In this document: positions 1-11,100 of the stretch, one piece after another
Position numbering within the stretch: the stretch's first letter is position 1
How the letters are laid out: every line of letters begins with the position of its first letter
From: Scyliorhinus canicula
Taxonomy: Eukaryota
Direction of reading: 5' to 3'
Length of the DNA: 64,000 nucleotides
Assembly (NCBI RefSeq): GCF_902713615.1
Contig: NC_052172.1
Coordinates: 6,615,337 to 6,679,336, forward strand
Notes under the pieces: generated by a model
Databases searched by the model: none
Seen by the model: the letters and a program-made list of their open reading frames with translations, nothing else
Told to the model about the DNA's origin: nothing
Translations under genes and position numbers: made by a program

Positions 1-228
1 CAGTTCACGGGGTCGGGACTTCGGCCCATCCGGGCCGGAGAATAGCGGGGGTACCAGAGAATCGCCATTTAGGGTGTCTCGGGCATTCTCCAGCTTGTGC
101 CACGCGGAACTCAACGGGACTGATTTCGCCTTTTGGGAGAATCGCGGGAGTGCGTCGGACCGGCGTTGAGTGAAAAACTGGTGCGGCTGGCGATTCTCCC
201 AACCCCCGCGGCCTCGGAGAATCAGGCC
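1..228. mobile_element. End of a GC-rich MITE-like non-autonomous element (possibly PIF/Harbinger-derived), truncated by the window edge
   Basis: Ends in ...CGGAGAATCAGGCCC, the same terminal motif as the GC-rich elements at 25.3-26.3 kb (GGAGAATCGTGGCCC, CGGAGAATCCCGCCC); internal GATTCTCC/GGAGAATC inverted motifs. Superfamily is a guess. Confidence 0.45.
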
Positions 229-344
229 CCTTGACTCTCGCATACACAGAAATTCAAACACAGTGACACACACACACAAAGACATACACAGTAACACACA
301 CAAAAGCATAATCATACACAGACTCTCACACACACATAGATTAC

Positions 345-699
345 ATATAGAATTTACAGTGCAGAAGGAGGCCATTAGGCCCATCGAGTCTGCACCGGCT
401 CTTGGAAAGAGCACCCTACCCCCTATCCAAGGTCAACACCTCCACCCTATCCCCATTACCCAGTAACCCCACCCAACACTAAGGGCAATTTTGGATACTA
501 AGGGCAATTGATCATGGCCAATCCACCTAACCCGCACATCTTTGGACTGTGGGAGGAAACCGGAGCACCCGGAGGAAACCCACGCACACACGGGGAGGAT
601 GTGCAGACTCCGCACAGACAGTGACCCAAGCCGGAATCGAACCTGGGACCCTGGAGCTGTGAAGCGATTGTGCTATCCACAAGGCTACCGTGCTGCCCC
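345..699 (-). mobile_element. HE1/V-SINE (tRNA-derived SINE of elasmobranchs)
   Basis: Reverse complement carries the V-SINE core (GGAGTCTGCACATCCTCCCCGTGTGTGCGTGGGTTTCCTCCGGGTGCTCCGGTTTCCTCCCACAGTCCAAAGATGTG), a tRNA-like head and a CR1-like tail. Confidence 0.85.
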
Positions 700-714
700 C
701 ACACAAACGCTTAA

Positions 715-2040
715 GGTGACACACACGCACACACAAACTCGTTTACAGTAACTAACACACAGACACACACACACAGACTTGCACACTCACTCCCACACAC
801 TCATGCACAGAGACAGGCACACTCACATGTACTCAGACATTCACATGCACACACTCTCGCTCACCCTTCCCTTCTTGTCTCTGTCTACCTCCTTCGTCTA
901 TTCTCTCTCACTCTCACTGTCTCACTCTCTTTTTCTCCCTCCCTCCCCTTCAGATTCTTCCCTCCCTCCCCCTCGTCCTATGCTTTCTTTCCCTGCCTTC
1001 CCTTCTCTCCTGGCCTCTCACCCATTCCCTCTCCCTCNNNNNNNNNNNNNNNNNNNNNNNNNNNNNNNNNNNNNNNNNNNNNNNNNNNNNNNNNNNNNNN
1101 NNNNNNNNNNNNNNNNNNNNNNNNNNNNNNNNNNNNNNNNNNNNNNNNNNNNNNNNNNNNNNNNNNNNNNCCCTTTTCTCCCCTCCCTCCCTTTTCTCNN
1201 NNNNNNNNNNNNNNNNNNNNNNNNNNNNNNNNNNNNNNNNNNNNNNNNNNNNNNNNNNNNNNNNNNNNNNNNNNNNNNNNNNNNNNNNNNNNNNNNNNNN
1301 NNNNNNNNNNNNNNNNNNNNNNNNNNNNNNNNNNNNNNNNNNNNNNNNNNNNNNNNNNNNNNNNNNNNNNNNNNNNNNNNNNNNNNNNNNNNNNNNNNNN
1401 NNNNNNNNNCCTTCTCTCCCCCTCCCTCCCTTCTCTCCCCCTCCCTCCCTCTCCCTCCCTTCTCTCCCCCACCCTCCCTTCCCACCCTCCCCCACCTGCC
1501 CCGCTCTCTCCCCCTTCGTCCCTCTCCTGCTCCCCTCCTTCCCATCTCTCTATCCTCTTCTCTCCCCCTCCATTCCTCCCTCTCTGACCCTCCCTCCCCT
1601 GCTTTTTTCTCACCTTCCTCTCTCTCCATCTCTCACTCCCCCTTCCCTCCTTCTCTTTCCCCCTCCCTCCTTCTCTTTCCACCTCTCTCCTCTTTCCCCC
1701 TCTCTCCTTCTCTTTCCTCCTCTCTCCACCTCCCTCAATATCCCCTTCCCTCACTCTCCCTTTCTGCCTCTTGCGCCCACCCACACTCTCTCTCCTCTCC
1801 CTCAACACCTCTCTTCCTCTCCCCCCTCCTTGTCTCCTTCCCCCTCTCTCCCTCCCTCTCTCGCCACCTCCCTCCCTCTCTTACCCGCACCCTCCCTCCC
1901 TCTCTCACCACCTCCCTCCCTCTCCCCCACATTCCTTCCCTCTCCCCCTCTTTTCCTCTTTCTCCCCCTCCCTCCCTCTCTTCCTCACTTTCTCTCCCCC
2001 TCCTTCCCTCCCTCTCCCTCCCCTCTCCCTCCCCTCTATA
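715..2040. repeat. CA-rich microsatellite followed by a >1.1-kb polypyrimidine (CT/CCT) low-complexity tract with two N gaps
   Basis: Directly visible; nearly purine-free plus strand from ~890 to 2040; gaps at ~1038-1170 and ~1199-1409. Confidence 0.95.
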
Positions 2041-2061
2041 CACATTCTGTGTAACTCTTAC

Positions 2062-2239
2062 CAACTGCTGCGTAATATGCCGCAAATCCAGTGTAGCGTT
2101 CCTCGTTGGAGAAATTGGATACAAACGTCACCTTCATCCAGTTTCCAGTGGTGTAGTACTCAAGGGGGAATTGGAACTCCATCTCCACTCTGTCCTTGCT
2201 GCCACAGATTTGTGGATGAAGAGCTTCTTCACTAAAAAC
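2062..2239 (-). CDS. C1S: Complement C1s-like protease, exon encoding the second half of CUB1 (VFSEEALHPQICGSKDRVEMEFQFPLEYYTTGNWMKVTFVSNFSNEERYTGFAAYYAAV)
   Basis: Minus-strand exon bounded by tttcccag| and |gtaaga, 178 nt, phase 0 to phase 1, in frame with the exon at 3677-3893. SNEERYTGFAAYY matches the C1s CUB1 C-terminus (human SNEERFTGFAAYY, from memory). Confidence 0.88.
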
Positions 2240-2529
2240 CTGGGAAATGAGAACAGGAAATGATTAGCATCTCTTCGAATGTGAGATCCTCAAAGAGACA
2301 GAAAGGGATAGAGGGAAGCAGGGATGGAAGGAGGGAATTTTATGGGAGACAGACTGACGGACACAGAGGGACATACGGATATGCAGTAGACAAACAGGCC
2401 ATTCGGCCCTCTTCGTACTATTATTATCTTTCTATCCCATCGTCCTTCATGTGCATATCCAGTTTCCCCCTGAAATGCATCAGCACTCAATGAAAGGTCA
2501 GGAGATCCGACAAGGTGATTCAAATGGAG

Positions 2530-2890
2530 GTTTATTTTATTCATTCATGGGACGTGAGCATCGCTGGCTGTACCAGCATTTATTGCCCATCTCTAATTGC
2601 CTTTGAGGGGGCAGTTAAGAGTCAAGCACATTGCTGTGATTCTGGAGTCACATGTAGGCCAGACCAGGGAAGACGGCAGATTTCCTTCCCTAAAGGACAT
2701 TAGCGAACCAGACGGGTTTTTACAGCAATCGACAATGGTCATCGTGAGATTTTAAATCCCGGATATTTTAGTGAGTTTGAATTCCACCACCTGCCGTGGT
2801 GGGATTCGAATCCAGGTGCCCAGAGCATTATCCAGGGTTTCTGGATTACTAGTCCAGCAACAATACCTCCACACCACCGCCTCTCCTTAA
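2530..2890 (-). mobile_element. 3' end of an L2-type LINE (or related SINE)
   Basis: Plus strand starts TTTATTTTATTCATTCATGGGACG... (reverse-complemented tail); looks like a common shark interspersed repeat. Clade assignment is tentative. Confidence 0.45.
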
Positions 2891-3676
2891 TTACTTATCA
2901 CCAACAGATCCCAACCGGGACTACAGATCATGCCAGTCACAATGTGGGCCATTTTTAAAGAGTGGATTCCATGGACCCCAGCTGATAGGGTCATCCCCGT
3001 GGGTCCCGTGAGGGTTGTTTACATATTCCCTGTGGCAAAGACTTCCTCATCCTCACCACTCTCTCCAGATAAGCAAATTGTCTTCTGAGCTCCTGATTGG
3101 ATTCCTCGCTATTGTCTTCGACTCCTGTTTTGCTTCCCCCCCTCCCCCTTCACCCTTCCCCCTCACCCTCCCTAAAAGGGGAAACACCCTCTCTGTGTCA
3201 ACTCGATCAAAACCTTTCAAAATGTTAACTGTGACTCACTTCAGCATTAGTTTTCCTCTGTCTGAGAAGATAGACCATCAGCATCGCAAATAGTTTGTGC
3301 AACCTCTCAGGTGCCGTTACATCTTATAATAGATCAGTAGATAAACAGAGACAGGTGATAAACATATAAAGCCATGATAGAGAGTCAGTTGGATAGATAG
3401 AGAGAGACTGAGAGACAGACCACTAGACAGACAGATAAAGGAGACAGATGATGGATAAACAGAGTGAGGTAGACGAGAGACAGAAATGGATAGAGAGATA
3501 CTGAGAGAGATGTTTGAAATTAATGGACGTATAATGGATATACTGACATTTAGCAAGATTTAAGAATTCTAGCTGAGAAAAATAAGACACACAGGAAGCG
3601 ACATTGCTGTTTGGAGGAGAGGCTCATCATTCAATCCACGAGGGCTGAAGCATTGTTTGCCACAGAAAAGGATTAC

Positions 3677-3893
3677 CTGCACATGATCATAGGCACAATC
3701 TGGGGTTGGCTCAATGTCGATGTGGGTGAAGGACAGTCTGATGCCGTAGCCAGTGGCAACCTGGATCTCCCAGCTCTGCTGCACATCATTGGGGTAACGC
3801 TGGGGGTAATCGCGAGACGTGATCTGGCCTTGCAGCCCACACAACGAGATGATGCAGGAGGCCGAAGGCAGCAAGAGGAGAGAGAAAGTCAGC
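3677..3893 (-). CDS. C1S: Complement C1s-like protease, exon encoding the signal peptide and first half of CUB1 (W-LTFSLLLLPSASCIISLCGLQGQITSRDYPQRYPNDVQQSWEIQVATGYGIRLSFTHIDIEPTPDCAYDHVQ)
   Basis: ctttag| acceptor and |gtaatc donor, 217 nt (1+72 codons). The CUB motif GxIxSxxYPxxYP...SWxIxVxxGYGIxLxFTHxDIE...CAYDxVQ is closer to C1s than to C1r, MASP1 or MASP2 as I recall them. Confidence 0.88.
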
Positions 3894-4039
3894 CTAAAGC
3901 AGCAAGAGAAACACATACACACAAACTGAATACACCAAGGAAAACAGGGCAGCGGACACAAATATTCCTCATTGTTCCAGATTAGTTATTCTTCCACTCC
4001 CTGCCCAATTCACACCCTTATCTACATAACCATCTGCAA

Positions 4040-6066
4040 TGTCAGTGGGTCAGTACTGAGGGAGTGCAGCACTGTCAGAGGGGCAGCACTGAGGGAGTCC
4101 TGCAGTCTCAGAGGGTCAGTACTGAGGCAGTGCTGCACTGTCAGAGGGTCAGTAATGAGGCAGCGCCGCTCTGACAGAGGGTCAGTACTGAGGGACTGCT
4201 GCACTGTCACAGGGTCAGTACAGAGGCAGTGCTGCTCTCCCAGGGGGGGTCAGTACTGAGTGTGTGCCGCACTGTCAGAGGTTTAGTACTGAGGGAGTGC
4301 TGCACTGTCAGTGGGTCAGTACTAAGTGAGTGCCGCACTGTCAGAGCATCAGTACTGACGGAGTATGGCACTGTCAAAGGATCAGTATTGAAGGAGTGCT
4401 GCACTGTCCCAGGATCAGTACTGAGGGAGTGCTGCACTTTCAGAGGGTCAGTACTGAGGGAGCGTGGCTCTGCCAGAGGGTTAGTACTGAGGGAGTGATG
4501 CACGGTCAGACGTCAGTACTGTGGGAGTATTGCACTGTCAAAGGATCAGTATTGAGGGAGTGCTGCACTGTTTGAGGATCAGTTCTGAGGGAGTGCCGTC
4601 CTGTCAGGGGGTCAGGACTGAGAAAGTGCTGCATTGTCAGAGGTTCAGTACCGAGACAGTGCTGCATTGTCAGAGGATCACTATTGAAGGAGTGCTGCAC
4701 TGACAGGCGGGCGTAATAATGGATTGCTACACTGTCAGAGAGTCAGTATTGAGGGAGTGCTGGACTGTCAGGAAGTGAGTACAGTACTGAGGGAGCACTG
4801 TCAGAGGGTCAATACAAAGGGAGTGCTGCACTGTCAGAGTGTCAGAAATGAGGGAATGCTCCACTGTCTGAGGGTCAGTACTGAGTGAGTGCTGCACGGT
4901 CAGAGGGTCAATACTGAGGGAGTGAGACACAGTCAGAGGGTCAGGACTGATGGAGTGGTGCGCGGTTAGAATGTCAGTACTGAGGGAGTGCTGCACTGTC
5001 AGAGGGTTAGTACTGAGTGTGTGCTGCACTGTCAGGGGCTCAGTACTGAGGGAGTGCCGCAGTGTCAGTGTCAGGATCACAACTCTGACAGTGCACCACT
5101 CGCTCGATACTGACCCTCTGACAGTGCAGTACTCCCTCAGTACTGACCTTCTAACCGTGCACCACTCCATCAGTCCTGACCCTCTGACTGTGTTTCACTC
5201 CCTCAGTATTGACCCTCTGACCGTGCAGCACTCACTCAGTACTGACCCTCAGACAGTGGAGCATTCCCTCAGTACTGACCATCTAACCGTGCACCACTCT
5301 ATCAGTCCTGACCCTCTGACAGTGCAGCACTCCCTTTGTATTGACCCTCTGACAGTACAGCACTCCCTCAGTACTGACCTTCTGACAGTGCAGCACTCCC
5401 TCAATAGTGACCCTCTGACAATGCAGCACTGTCTCAGTACTGACCCTCTGACAATGCAGCACTTGCTCAGTGCTGACTCCCTGACAGGGCAGGACTCCCT
5501 CAGAACTGACCGTCAAACAGTGCAACATTCCCTCAATACTGATCCTTTGACAGTGTAATACTCCCTCAGTACTGACGTCTGACCGTGCAGCACTGCCTCA
5601 GTACTAACCCTCTGGCAGAGCCACGCTCCCTCAGTACTAACCTTCTGACAGTGCGGCACTCCGTCAGTACTGACCCTCTGACAGTGCAATACTCTCTCAG
5701 TACTGAACCTCTGACAGTGCAGCAATGCCTGAGTAGTGACCCTCTGACAGTACAGCAGTCCCTCCGTACTGACCCTCTGATAGTGCAGCACTCCCTCAGT
5801 ACTGACCCTCTGACAGTGCGGCACTCACTTAGTACAGACCCTCTGATAGTGCAGCACTCCCTCAGTACTGACCCTCTGACAGAGCAGCACTCCTTCAATA
5901 CTATACCTCTCACAGTGTGGCACTCACTCAGTACTGACCCTCTGACAGTGCAGCACTCCCTCAGGACTCACCCTCTGACAGTGCTGCACTCCCTCAGTAC
6001 TGACCCTCAGACAAAACGACACTCCCTCTGTACTGACCCTCTGACAGTGCAGCATTCCCTCAGTAC
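4040..6066. repeat. 33-bp minisatellite, left part (consensus CACTGTCAGAGGGTCAGTACTGAGGGAGTGCTG); forward to ~5075, then inverted
   Basis: Unit visible directly; it produces the 11-aa periodic pseudo-ORFs STDPLTVQHSL / CTVRGSVLREC / HCQRVSTEGVL. Confidence 0.97.
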
Positions 6067-8161
6067 GGGAATGGGACAGTTCAGCGCCGCCGTTTCAGCG
6101 CCGCCGTTTCAGCGCCGCCATTTCAGCGCCAGGACGTTTCAGCGCCAAATATTTCAACGCCAAATATTTCAGCGCCAGGACGTTTCAGCGCTCATTCATT
6201 CAGAAATCATTCTTGAGTATGGTCACAGGTATGACACAGGTTTTACACTTAGTTATTTGGTCGTTTCATCGTTCTAACTGTCTTTAGATTTTGTTGGAGT
6301 TTTATTATGATTACTGTTTAGATAAAGTTAGAGTTTTGTTAACAAGTTTTTATACTTACTTAGTTATTTGGTAAATTTCTTTTGGTAAATTTGGTAAGCT
6401 CCATATCTTTAAACCCATGGCTGAATCAGTGAAAAGCAAGCGAGGCAGAGAGAAGTTCTGTCATGAAGGTTTTATATATCGTTTTGACAAAGAAAGCAAG
6501 AAACAAAAGCAAGTTAAGTTTTGGCGATGCCATGAGGATGGTAGGTGCAAGGCCCGCATTCACACGTTAGAAAGAGAGGTGATCGAAAAGATCAACGAAC
6601 ATACTCATCCCCCATCTGCAGTTGCTATCGAAGTGGAAAAGGTCATAACTGATGCGAGAGACCGGGCTGAAAAGACTTGTGAGCCTCCAAGTACGATTAT
6701 CAACAAGTGCATTGAAAAAATGTCCGTGGCAGGTATGGCACAGTTACCAAACAGGCAGGCAATGCGAAAAATTATTCGTAGAAAACGAGACGAAGTTAAT
6801 CAGGTCCCCGATAATCCAAGATCGATTCAAGAGTTTCAGTTACCTCATCAATACATGATCTATAAACCCACCCCAGAAACCGAGGAAAATTTCTGTTTAA
6901 AGGATAGTGGTACGAACAACGAACGGATTATTATATTTGGGAGAGAGAGTTGGTTAGAACACATGGCAACTTCCACGACTTGGTATGCTGACGGAACATT
7001 TGCGGTAGCACCACACCTATTTTATCAAGTTTATATCATCATGGTTAGGAAAAATAACGGAGTTCACCCTGTATTGTACGCGCTTTTACAAAACAAACAG
7101 TATGTGACCTATATGATGTTATTTGCGATGGTAAAAGAGATGATTACAAGTGCAGGGCCTGCCATTATCAATTGTGATTTTGAACTCGCTGCTTTTACTG
7201 CCATGAAAGACTCCTTCCCCAACATAGAAGTAAGAGGCTGCCTTTTTCCTCTGTCTCAAAATATACTGAGGCAGATAACTGGTTTTGGTCTCATGCGTTT
7301 ATATAAGAGCAATCCCGATTTTGCATTACATTCGAAAATGATAACTGCCCTATGTTTTGTGCCAGTTGTCGACCTTGACAGTCACGTGGATTCTTTAGCA
7401 GGTAATTTACCGGAGGAGTTAATTTCGGTTTTAAACTATTTCGAAGACAATTATATCGGCCGTCCTAATCGCAGAGGAGCAGGCAGACAAAGTCCTTTAT
7501 TTCCTACCGAGATGTGGAATATGTATCAAAGAACATTAGATGGGGATGACAGAACAAATAACTATGCTGAGGCGGCCAACAGGAGATTGAAAAGTGAACT
7601 GTTAATGTCACACCCAACTATCTGGAAGTTCATTGATGTCCTTAAGCATGTTCAAAAGGGAAGAGACGAGCACTTCGAGAAACTTTTAGCTGGCAATGAA
7701 CCTCAATTAAAATTACTTAAATATAGAAAAGCTGATGAGAGGATATTGAGAATTGTTTCCGAATATGGTAGCAGGAATGAAATTGACTACCTTCGTTCAA
7801 TAGGGCACAATTTAACAAACTAAATGCGTTTTTTCCAATGAATATCCAATGAATGTCCAATGAACTTTCCTTTTAATGATTGATTTTATGAACTTACAGA
7901 TTTGTAAATTGTTTTAATGTACTGTTTTTGGATCTTTATAAGTGGATCTTTTACAATAAAAACATTTAGTTAACACTTGAGTTTTATTTCATTTTATGAA
8001 CTTACACATTTGTAAATTGCTTTGTGCCAAAAACATTCTGTCATAACTATATGACAACATTGGAGAATTTTTTTTTTCTGGCACTGAAATGTCCTGGCGC
8101 TGAAAAGTCCTGGCGCCGAAACGGCGGCGCTGAAACGGCGGCGCTGAAACGTACCGCACCC
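6067..8161 (+). mobile_element. Mutator-like (MULE; Phantom-type) DNA transposon, apparently full length (~2.1 kb)
   Basis: Termini GGG... / ...CCC are followed by inverted subterminal arrays of TTTCAGCGCC repeats (6080-6190 and 8083-8150). A 9-bp direct repeat CCTCAGTAC flanks it at 6058-6066 and 8162-8170, in satellite register. AT-rich interior with one long ORF. Confidence 0.88.
6417..7823 (+). CDS. 468-aa transposase: N-terminal FLYWCH-type zinc finger plus MULE DDE domain
   Basis: FCHEGFIYRF...FWRCHEDGRCKARIH...HTHP (FLYWCH-like); WYADGTF (D1), INCDFE (D2), RTNNYAEA (E). The CxxH motif reads GCLFP (CCT instead of CAT). Confidence 0.9.
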   Translation: MAESVKSKRGREKFCHEGFIYRFDKESKKQKQVKFWRCHEDGRCKARIHTLEREVIEKINEHTHPPSAVAIEVEKVITDARDRAEKTCEPPSTIINKCIEKMSVAGMAQLPNRQAMRKIIRRKRDEVNQVPDNPRSIQEFQLPHQYMIYKPTPETEENFCLKDSGTNNERIIIFGRESWLEHMATSTTWYADGTFAVAPHLFYQVYIIMVRKNNGVHPVLYALLQNKQYVTYMMLFAMVKEMITSAGPAIINCDFELAAFTAMKDSFPNIEVRGCLFPLSQNILRQITGFGLMRLYKSNPDFALHSKMITALCFVPVVDLDSHVDSLAGNLPEELISVLNYFEDNYIGRPNRRGAGRQSPLFPTEMWNMYQRTLDGDDRTNNYAEAANRRLKSELLMSHPTIWKFIDVLKHVQKGRDEHFEKLLAGNEPQLKLLKYRKADERILRIVSEYGSRNEIDYLRSIGHNLTN

Positions 8162-11100
8162 CCTCAGTACTGACCCTCTGATAGTGGAGCATTCCCTCAG
8201 TTCTGACACTCTGACAGTGCAGCACTCCCTTTGTATTGACCCTCTGACAGTGCAGCACTCCCTCAGTACTGACCCTCTGACAGTGCAGCACTCCCTCAAT
8301 AGTGACCCTCTGACAACGCAGCACTGTCTCAGTACTGACCCTCTGACCGTGCATCACTCCCTCAGTACTAACCCTCTGGCAGAGCCACGCTCCCTCAGTA
8401 CTAACCTTCTGACAGTGCAGCACTCTCTCAATACTGATCCTTTGACAGCGCAATACTCTCTCAGTACTGAATCTCTGAAAGTGCAGCACTGCCTCAGTAC
8501 TGACCCTCTGACAGTGCAGCAGTCCCTCCGTACTGACCCTCCGACAGTGCTGCGCTCCCTCAATACTGATCCTTTGACAGTGCAATACTCCCTCAGTACT
8601 GATGATCTGACAGTGTGGCACTCACCTAGTACAGACCCACTGACAGTGCCGCACTGTCTCAGTATTAACCCTCTGACAATGCAGCACACCCTCAATACTA
8701 AACATCTGACAGTGCGGCACTCCCTCAGTACTGACCCTCCGACAGTGCAGCACTCCCTCAGTACTGACCCTCTGACAGTGCAGCACTCCCTCAGTACTGA
8801 CCCTCCGACAGTGCAGCACTCCCTCAGTACTGACCCTCTGACAGTGCGGCACTCCCACAGTATTGACCCTCTGACATGGCTGCCTCAATACTGACGCGGT
8901 GACAGTGCAGCGCTCACTCAGTACTGACCCTGTGACAGTGCGGCACTCCCTCAGTACTGACCCTCTGACAGTGCGGCACTCCCTCAGTACTGACCCTCTG
9001 ACAGTGCGGCACCCCCTCAGTACTGACCCTCTGACAGTGGAGCTTCAATACTGACCCTCTGACAGTGCAGCACTGCCTCAGTACTGACTCCCTGACAGTG
9101 CGGCGCTCCCTCAGTACTGACCCTCTGACAGTGCAGCACTCCCTCAGTACTGACCCTCTGACAGTGCAGCACTGCCTCAATACTGTCCGTCTGACAGTGT
9201 GGCACTCCCTCAGTGCTGACCTTCTGAGAGTGCACCACTCCCTCGATACTGACCCTCTGACAGTGCAGCAGTCCTTCAGTACTGACCTTCTAACAGTGCA
9301 CCATTCCATCAGTCCTGACCCTCTGAGTGTGTGGCACTCCCTCAGTACTGACCCTCTGACAGTGCAGCACTCACTCAGTACTGACCCTCAGACAGTGCAG
9401 CATTCCCTCAGTTATGGCCCTCTGACAGTCCAGCACTCCCTCAATACTGACTCTCTGACAGTGTAGCACTCCATTAGTACGCCCCTCTGACAGTGCAGCA
9501 CTCCTTCAGTACTGACCTTCTGACAGTGCAGCACTCCTTCAGTACTGACCTTCTGACAGTGCAGCACTCCCTCAATAGTGACCCTCTGACAGTGCAGCAC
9601 TGTAACAGTACTGACCCTCTGACAGGGCAGCAATTGCTCAATCCTGACCCCTTGACAGTGCGGCACTCCTTTAGAACTGATCCTCAAACAGCGCAGCACT
9701 CCCTCAATACTGATCGTTTGACAGTGTAATACTCCCTCAGCACTGGTGCTCTGACCGTGCAGAGGGTCAGTACTCAGTGAGTGTTGCACGGCCATAGGGT
9801 CAGTATTTAGGCTGCACTGTCAGAGGGTCAGTACTGAGGGAGTGCTGCACTGTCAGAGGATCAGTTCTGATGGAGTGCCGCACTGTCAGAGTGTCAGTAC
9901 TGAGGGAGTACCCAACTGTCAGAGGGTCAGTACTGAGGGAGTGCAGCAGTGTCAGAAGGTCAGTACTGAAGGAGTGCTGCACTGTCAGAGGGTCAGTACT
10001 GAGGGAGTGCAGCACTGTCAGAGGGTCAGTACTGAGGGAGTGCGCCACTGTTCGAGGGTCAGTATTGAGGGAGTGCTGCACTGTCAGAGGATCAGTACTG
10101 AGGGAGTGCTGCACTGTTACAGGGTCAGTATTGAGGTTGCACTGTCAGAGGGTCAATAACGAGGGAGTGCTGCACTGTCAGATATTCAGTATTGAGGGAG
10201 CGTGGCTCTTCCAGACGGTCAATACTGACGCCGTGCTGCACGGTCAGAGGGTCAGTACTGCGGGAGAGCTGCACCGTCAGAGGGCCAGTACTGAGGGAGT
10301 CCACACTGTCAGTGGGTCAGTACTGAGGGAGTCCCGCACTGTCAGAGGGTCAGTACTGAGGGAGTGCTGCACTGTCAGCGGGTCAGTACTGAGGGACGCC
10401 GCTCTGTCACAGGGTAAGAACTGAGGGAGTGCTACCGTCTCAGAGGGTCAGTACTGAGACAGTGCTGCACTGTCAGAGGGTCAGTACTGAGGGAGTGCCG
10501 CACTGTCAGAGGGTCAGTACTGAGACAGTGCTGCACTGTCAGAGGGTCAGTACTGAGGAAGAGCCGCTCTGTCAGAGGGTCAGTACTGTGAGACTGCTGC
10601 ACTGTCAGGGGGTCAGTACTGAGGCAGTGCTGCACTGTCAGAGGGGCAATATTGAGTGAGTGCCACACTGACAGTTCATCAGTACTGAGGAAATATTGCA
10701 CTGTCAAAGGATCAGTAGTGAAGAGGGGGGGCGGGGGGGGGGGGGCGCACTGTCAGAGGATCAGTGCTGAGTGAGTGCTGCACTGTCACAGGGTTAGTAT
10801 TGAGGCTGCACTGTCAGAGCGTCAGCACTGTGGGAGTGCTGCACTGTCAGTGGGTCAGTACTGAGAGAGTGCTGCACTGTCAGAGGGTCAGTGCTGAGAG
10901 AGTTCTTAACTGTCAGAGGTTCAGTACTGACGGAGTGCCGCACTGTCAGAGGGGGAGTACTGAGGGAGTGCTGCACTGTCAGAGGCTCAGTACTGAGGGA
11001 GTGCCGCACTGTCAGAGCATCAGTACTGAGGGTGCATTGCACTGCCAAAGGGTCAGTACTGAGTGAGTGCTGCACTGTCAGAGAGTCAGTACTGAGGGAT

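Noticed and set aside
779-2263. 494-aa plus-strand ORF and overlapping Gly/Arg/Glu-rich minus ORFs
   Set aside because: Translation of low-complexity CT/CA tracts and N gaps; the real coding exon is 2062-2239 on the minus strand.
2062-3893. C1r, MASP1/3 or MASP2 identity for the CUB exons
   Set aside because: The SWxIxV, GYGIxLxFTH, CAYD and FAAYY motifs and the MW start fit C1s best from memory; a phylogeny is still needed.
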